A stretch of DNA of 64,000 nucleotides. Origin: Gemmatimonadota bacterium (lineage in GTDB: Bacteria > Gemmatimonadota > Gemmatimonadetes > Longimicrobiales > Gaopeijiaceae). This document shows positions 60,357 to 64,000 of this stretch, piece by piece; position 1 is the stretch's first letter, and each line of letters opens with the position of its first letter. Under the pieces are notes generated by a model, which saw nothing but the letters and a program-made list of their open reading frames with translations, did not search any database and was not told the origin of the DNA. The translations under genes were made by a program, and so were the position numbers. The stretch covers positions 32,001 to 96,000 of the forward strand of contig JAXHMG010000003.1 in assembly GCA_034521595.1 (NCBI GenBank), in the 5' to 3' direction.

Positions 60357-60728
60357 ATGCGGAGCGCGTTGACGGTATTCATGGCGCTACACGCGATCGC
60401 GCACCTCGTAGGGTTCGCCGTGGCCTGGCGCCTGCTCGAGTCGGACGAGGTGCCTTTCAAGACGACGTTGTGGTTCGGGCTTCTGGACGTGGGGCCGGTG
60501 GGCATCCGGCTCGTCGGGTTGCTCTGGCTTACGCTCGCCGTGCTCTTCCTCGTGGCTTCGGGAGGGGCGCTCCTGGGGCAACCGTGGTGGATGGGGCTCG
60601 CTTGGGCGACCGCCGGGACCTCGCTCGTGCTGTCGGTGCTCTCCCTTCCGGAAGCGCGCATCGGGATCGTGGCGAACGCCTTCGTGATCGGTGCGCTCGC
60701 GCTCGGACCACGGCTGGGGTGGTGGTGA
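60357..60728 (+). CDS. Small 4-TM membrane protein
   Basis: GAGGAG RBS; hydrophobic; HAIAH motif. Confidence 0.7.
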   Translation: MRSALTVFMALHAIAHLVGFAVAWRLLESDEVPFKTTLWFGLLDVGPVGIRLVGLLWLTLAVLFLVASGGALLGQPWWMGLAWATAGTSLVLSVLSLPEARIGIVANAFVIGALALGPRLGWW

Positions 60729-61630
60729 CCCCTTTCGTGCCTCCCCGGGCGGCGCTCCTCGTGGCGGTCTTGGCCGTTTCGTGGGCCGGCCCGCTGGTCC
60801 GCCTCGCGACGGCGCCGGCGTTGTCGGTCGCGCTCTGGCGCATGCTGTTTTCGATGGTGCTCATCGGCCTCGTCGTCGTGGCTCGTGGCTCGCTGCTGCG
60901 CGGTGTCCGCCTCTCGGCCCGCGAATGGACCCTGGCCGTGGGTGCGGGGATCCTGCTCGCGGGGCACTTCTGGAGCTGGATCGCTTCACTTCGTTACACG
61001 AGCGTCGCGAGCTCCGTGGTCCTGGTGTCGCTGCAACCCTTCATCGTCGCGATCCTCTCGGCGCTGCTCCTTCGGGAACGACCGACGCGAGCCCAGTGGA
61101 CGGGAATCCTGGTGGCGGTAGGGGGCGCGGCCACGGTCGGTTGGGGCGATTTCACGCTCGGTGCCCGTGCCCTGTTCGGAGACGGGCTGGCGTTCTTCGC
61201 CGCTTGGCTGGTCGCTGGATATTATCTCGCCGGTCGCGTCCTCCGTCGGAGGCTCGATCTCTGGGCCTACATCGCCGTGGTCTACGGCATCGCCGCGCTG
61301 GTCCTGTCCGTCGCGGTGCTCGTCACTCCGGACGTACCCTTCACGGGGTTCCCGCTCGGCGACTGGTTCGTGTTTCTCGCACTCGCGGCGGGACCCATGA
61401 TGCTCGGCCATACCGGCGTCAACTATGCGATCCGGTACGTGCCGGCGTACATCGCCAATCTGGTGCTTCTCGGTGAGCCGATCGGGGCGACGTTGATCGC
61501 CTGGCTTCTTCCGGCGATCGCCGAAGTCCCGCCCCCGCAGACGCTCGTCGGGGGCGCGTTCATCCTACTGGGGATCGCCCTCGGCACGGCCGGAGGACCA
61601 GGGTCGCGCCGAGCTCGAGCGAGGACGTGA
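60725..61630 (+). CDS. DMT/EamA family transporter
   Basis: About 10 TM segments; SLRYTSVASSVVLV, LLRERP, GHTGVN, LGEPIGA. Confidence 0.9.
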   Translation: MTPFVPPRAALLVAVLAVSWAGPLVRLATAPALSVALWRMLFSMVLIGLVVVARGSLLRGVRLSAREWTLAVGAGILLAGHFWSWIASLRYTSVASSVVLVSLQPFIVAILSALLLRERPTRAQWTGILVAVGGAATVGWGDFTLGARALFGDGLAFFAAWLVAGYYLAGRVLRRRLDLWAYIAVVYGIAALVLSVAVLVTPDVPFTGFPLGDWFVFLALAAGPMMLGHTGVNYAIRYVPAYIANLVLLGEPIGATLIAWLLPAIAEVPPPQTLVGGAFILLGIALGTAGGPGSRRARART

Positions 61631-61714
61631 CGGGGCGGCGCCGCTCTGGCACGCATCCGTCGGTATGGCGAAGGTTGGGGTCGGTAGCGAGACGACCCAC
61701 AGGAGGCGGACCAC

Positions 61715-63076
61715 ATGAGCGACCGAGAGAGCGAAACCCCCACCGTATCGATGCCGACCGGAAGCGGGAGGCGCGGGGCGGAGCGGGAGACCCTGCGCAC
61801 GGCTGAAACGGCGGCGAGCGCGATCGACGAGGCGCCTCCCGAGAAGATGACACCGTTCGAAGCGGTCAACTTCCAGTTCGACCGGGCTGCGAGGGTGATG
61901 GGCCTCCCGGAGTACCTCCAGGTAGCGCTCAAGACGCCGTATCGCGAAGTCCTCGTGGAAATCCCGCTCGTCGACGAGGACGGCCGCATCACCACGTTCC
62001 ACGGCTATCGGGTCCAGCACAACAACGCCCGAGGGCCCATGAAGGGAGGGCTGCGCTACCATCCCGACGTCGATCTCGACGAGGCGCGCGCGTTGGGGTC
62101 GCTGATGACCTGGAAGACCGCGCTCGTCGACATCCCCTATGGTGGGGCCAAGGGGGGCATCGACCTCGATCCCCGGAAGCTCCGTCCCGACCAGGTGGAA
62201 CGGGTGACTCGCACGTTCATCGAGCGCATTCATCACCTCATCGGACCCAACGAGGACATCCCGGCTCCGGATGTGAACACCAATCCTCAAGTCATGGCCT
62301 GGATCGTCGACGAGTACTCGAAGTTCCACGGCTTCACCCCGGCGGTGGTCACGGGCAAGCCACTCGAGGTCGGAGGGTCACCGGGACGCAACTCCGCGAC
62401 AGGACGGGGCGTCGCGGCCGTGACGGCCCGGGCGGTCGCCGACCTCGAGCTCGACCTGAGAGGGACGACGGTCGCCGTGCAGGGGTTCGGTAACGTGGGA
62501 AGCTGGGCGGCTCACTTCCTCGCGGAGATGGGGGCCAAGGTGGTCGCCGTCAGCGATGTGAACGGGGGGATCTTCAACGCCGAAGGCCTGGACGTGGACG
62601 GGCTCCGCGCATTGGTCGAAGCCGGCCGGAGCGTGGTCGAGCACGAAGACGCCGAGCACATCGACAACGACGCGCTCCTCACTTCCGAGGTCGACGTGCT
62701 CATCCCGGCGGCGCTCGGAGGCGTGCTCCACCGGGGTAATGCCCGCGACGTGCGGGCCCGGCTCGTCGTGGAGGGAGCGAATGCCCCGACGACGCCGGGA
62801 GCGGACGCGATCCTCCACGAGCGGGGCGTCACCGTCGTTCCGGACATTCTCGCCAATGCCGGAGGGGTGACGGTCAGCTATTTCGAGTGGGTTCAGAACC
62901 TGCAGCAGTTCCGCTGGACGGCCGAGCAGGTCGATAGCCAGCTTGCTCAGACGCTCGAGGAGGCGTACGACAACGTTGCCGAGACTGCCGGGAAGCACGG
63001 CATCACCCTTCGTACGGCGGCGTTCGTGGTCGCGATCGAGCGAGTCGCGGCGGCGATGAAGCTACGGGGGGTGTGA
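61715..63076 (+). CDS. gdhA: Glu/Leu/Phe/Val dehydrogenase (glutamate dehydrogenase)
   Basis: GPMKGGLRY, MTWK, GGAKGG, DIPAPD, VTGKP, QGFGNVG, ANAGGVTVSYFEWVQN. Confidence 0.92.
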   Translation: MSDRESETPTVSMPTGSGRRGAERETLRTAETAASAIDEAPPEKMTPFEAVNFQFDRAARVMGLPEYLQVALKTPYREVLVEIPLVDEDGRITTFHGYRVQHNNARGPMKGGLRYHPDVDLDEARALGSLMTWKTALVDIPYGGAKGGIDLDPRKLRPDQVERVTRTFIERIHHLIGPNEDIPAPDVNTNPQVMAWIVDEYSKFHGFTPAVVTGKPLEVGGSPGRNSATGRGVAAVTARAVADLELDLRGTTVAVQGFGNVGSWAAHFLAEMGAKVVAVSDVNGGIFNAEGLDVDGLRALVEAGRSVVEHEDAEHIDNDALLTSEVDVLIPAALGGVLHRGNARDVRARLVVEGANAPTTPGADAILHERGVTVVPDILANAGGVTVSYFEWVQNLQQFRWTAEQVDSQLAQTLEEAYDNVAETAGKHGITLRTAAFVVAIERVAAAMKLRGV

Positions 63077-63080
63077 CGGC

Positions 63081-63419
63081 GTGGAGGAGATCGGATGGGA
63101 CGATTTCACGCGCGTGGAGCTGCGCGTGGGGCGGGTGCTGGAAGCGGTGCCGTTCCCGGAAGCGCACCGACCGGCGTACAGGTTGAGGGTGGATTTCGGG
63201 CCGGAGATCGGGGTGCGGAACTCGAGCGCGCGCATCACTGAGCGCTATGAGCTGGACGAGCTCGAAGGTCGGTTGGTCGTGGGGGTGGTCAACTTCCCGC
63301 CCAAGCAGATCGGCCCGATGATGTCGGAGTGCCTCGTCACCGGCTTTCACGACGCGGAGGGTGGGGTCGTTCTGTGCGTGCCGGAAGCGGACGTTCCGCT
63401 CGGTGCGAAGCTGCTTTGA
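63081..63419 (+). CDS. csaA: CsaA/Trbp111-like tRNA-binding protein
   Basis: DFTRVELRVG, VDFGPEIG, VVNFPPKQIG, SECLVTGF. Confidence 0.88.
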   Translation: MEEIGWDDFTRVELRVGRVLEAVPFPEAHRPAYRLRVDFGPEIGVRNSSARITERYELDELEGRLVVGVVNFPPKQIGPMMSECLVTGFHDAEGGVVLCVPEADVPLGAKLL

Positions 63420-63469
63420 GCAAGGCCGAAAGACGAGACGATGAAAAGCGATCGAACGAGGACGGGACC

Positions 63470-64000
63470 TTGTCGTTAGGAGCCGATGTCCATGCGGCTC
63501 TCGCGGCCGGACGAGCGGTGGGCGGGTCGGTGCTGCTCGCCGTGGCGCTCGTCGGATGTGAGGGCTCCGGGCCGGAGCCCACCCCGGAGCGGGATGCGGT
63601 CGAAGCGTTGGTCCACGATCACGCTCGGGCGTGGATGACGGGCGATACCGCGCTCCTGCGCCGCATCATGCATCCCGACGCCCGGCTGGCGTACCCGCGC
63701 CGCCGCGTCGACCGGGAGACCTGGATCGAGGAGCTGGCCGCGTTTCACGAGCAGAATGTCGATACCCGGGTCTATGTCCACCGCGTGGTCGTGGAGGACA
63801 GCACCTTCGCCGTGGAGTGGCAGTTCGCGACGACCGAGCGAGAATCCGGGGCGCGAACCGCCGTGGGCGACGCGATCATCGGCGAGGTGCGGGACGGGCG
63901 CATCGTGCTCTGGAAGGAGTACCTCGACGGTCGGATCTTCGCGCTGCAGCGCTCCGGGGAGCTTCCGCTCGACGAGGGGGAGGAGCCCTACCCCTGGCCG
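63470..64000 (+). CDS. SnoaL/NTF2-like lipoprotein (partial, runs off the right edge)
   Basis: Read by hand: ...LLAVALVGC lipobox, HARAWMTGD, FAVEWQF, DGRIVLWKEYLD; TTG start after GAGGA. Confidence 0.7.
   Translation, partial: MSLGADVHAALAAGRAVGGSVLLAVALVGCEGSGPEPTPERDAVEALVHDHARAWMTGDTALLRRIMHPDARLAYPRRRVDRETWIEELAAFHEQNVDTRVYVHRVVVEDSTFAVEWQFATTERESGARTAVGDAIIGEVRDGRIVLWKEYLDGRIFALQRSGELPLDEGEEPYPWP

Overview
High-GC bacterial chromosomal segment; gene content and style suggest Gemmatimonadota (inference). Most of it is housekeeping or metabolic: a his operon with leader peptide and attenuator, uvrA, gyrA, fadJ/fadB-like, metG, accA, PBP1A, kynA-kynU, gdhA, transporters and hydrolases. 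The outstanding feature is at 1-3443. An intact tyrosine recombinase lacks the IntI-specific insertion but has an extra HARP-like N-terminal domain. It is followed at its 3' end, in the same orientation, by an integron-like cassette array. The array has an attI-like half site (2011-2040), cassette 1 with a beta-propeller lipoprotein gene, a complete ~150-bp attC-like palindrome (536-695), cassette 2 (apparently non-coding, with an internal repeat) and a second attC-like site cut by the window edge (1-88). Each cassette's own two ends are complementary over 16-18 nt, while the in-array sites are chimeric. The point mismatches in the aligned arms are G.T pairs on one strand, and a GCA-triloop side hairpin is conserved by covariation. 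This points to a folded-ssDNA cassette-shuffling system run by a non-IntI recombinase. Also noted: a ~355-bp MITE with perfect 30-bp TIRs, a REC domain fused to a degenerate PIG-L deacetylase, an FkbM gene inside the his operon, a lipoprotein RidA and an orphan GAK-system CofD-like gene. All product calls come from motif recognition by eye; no searches were run.
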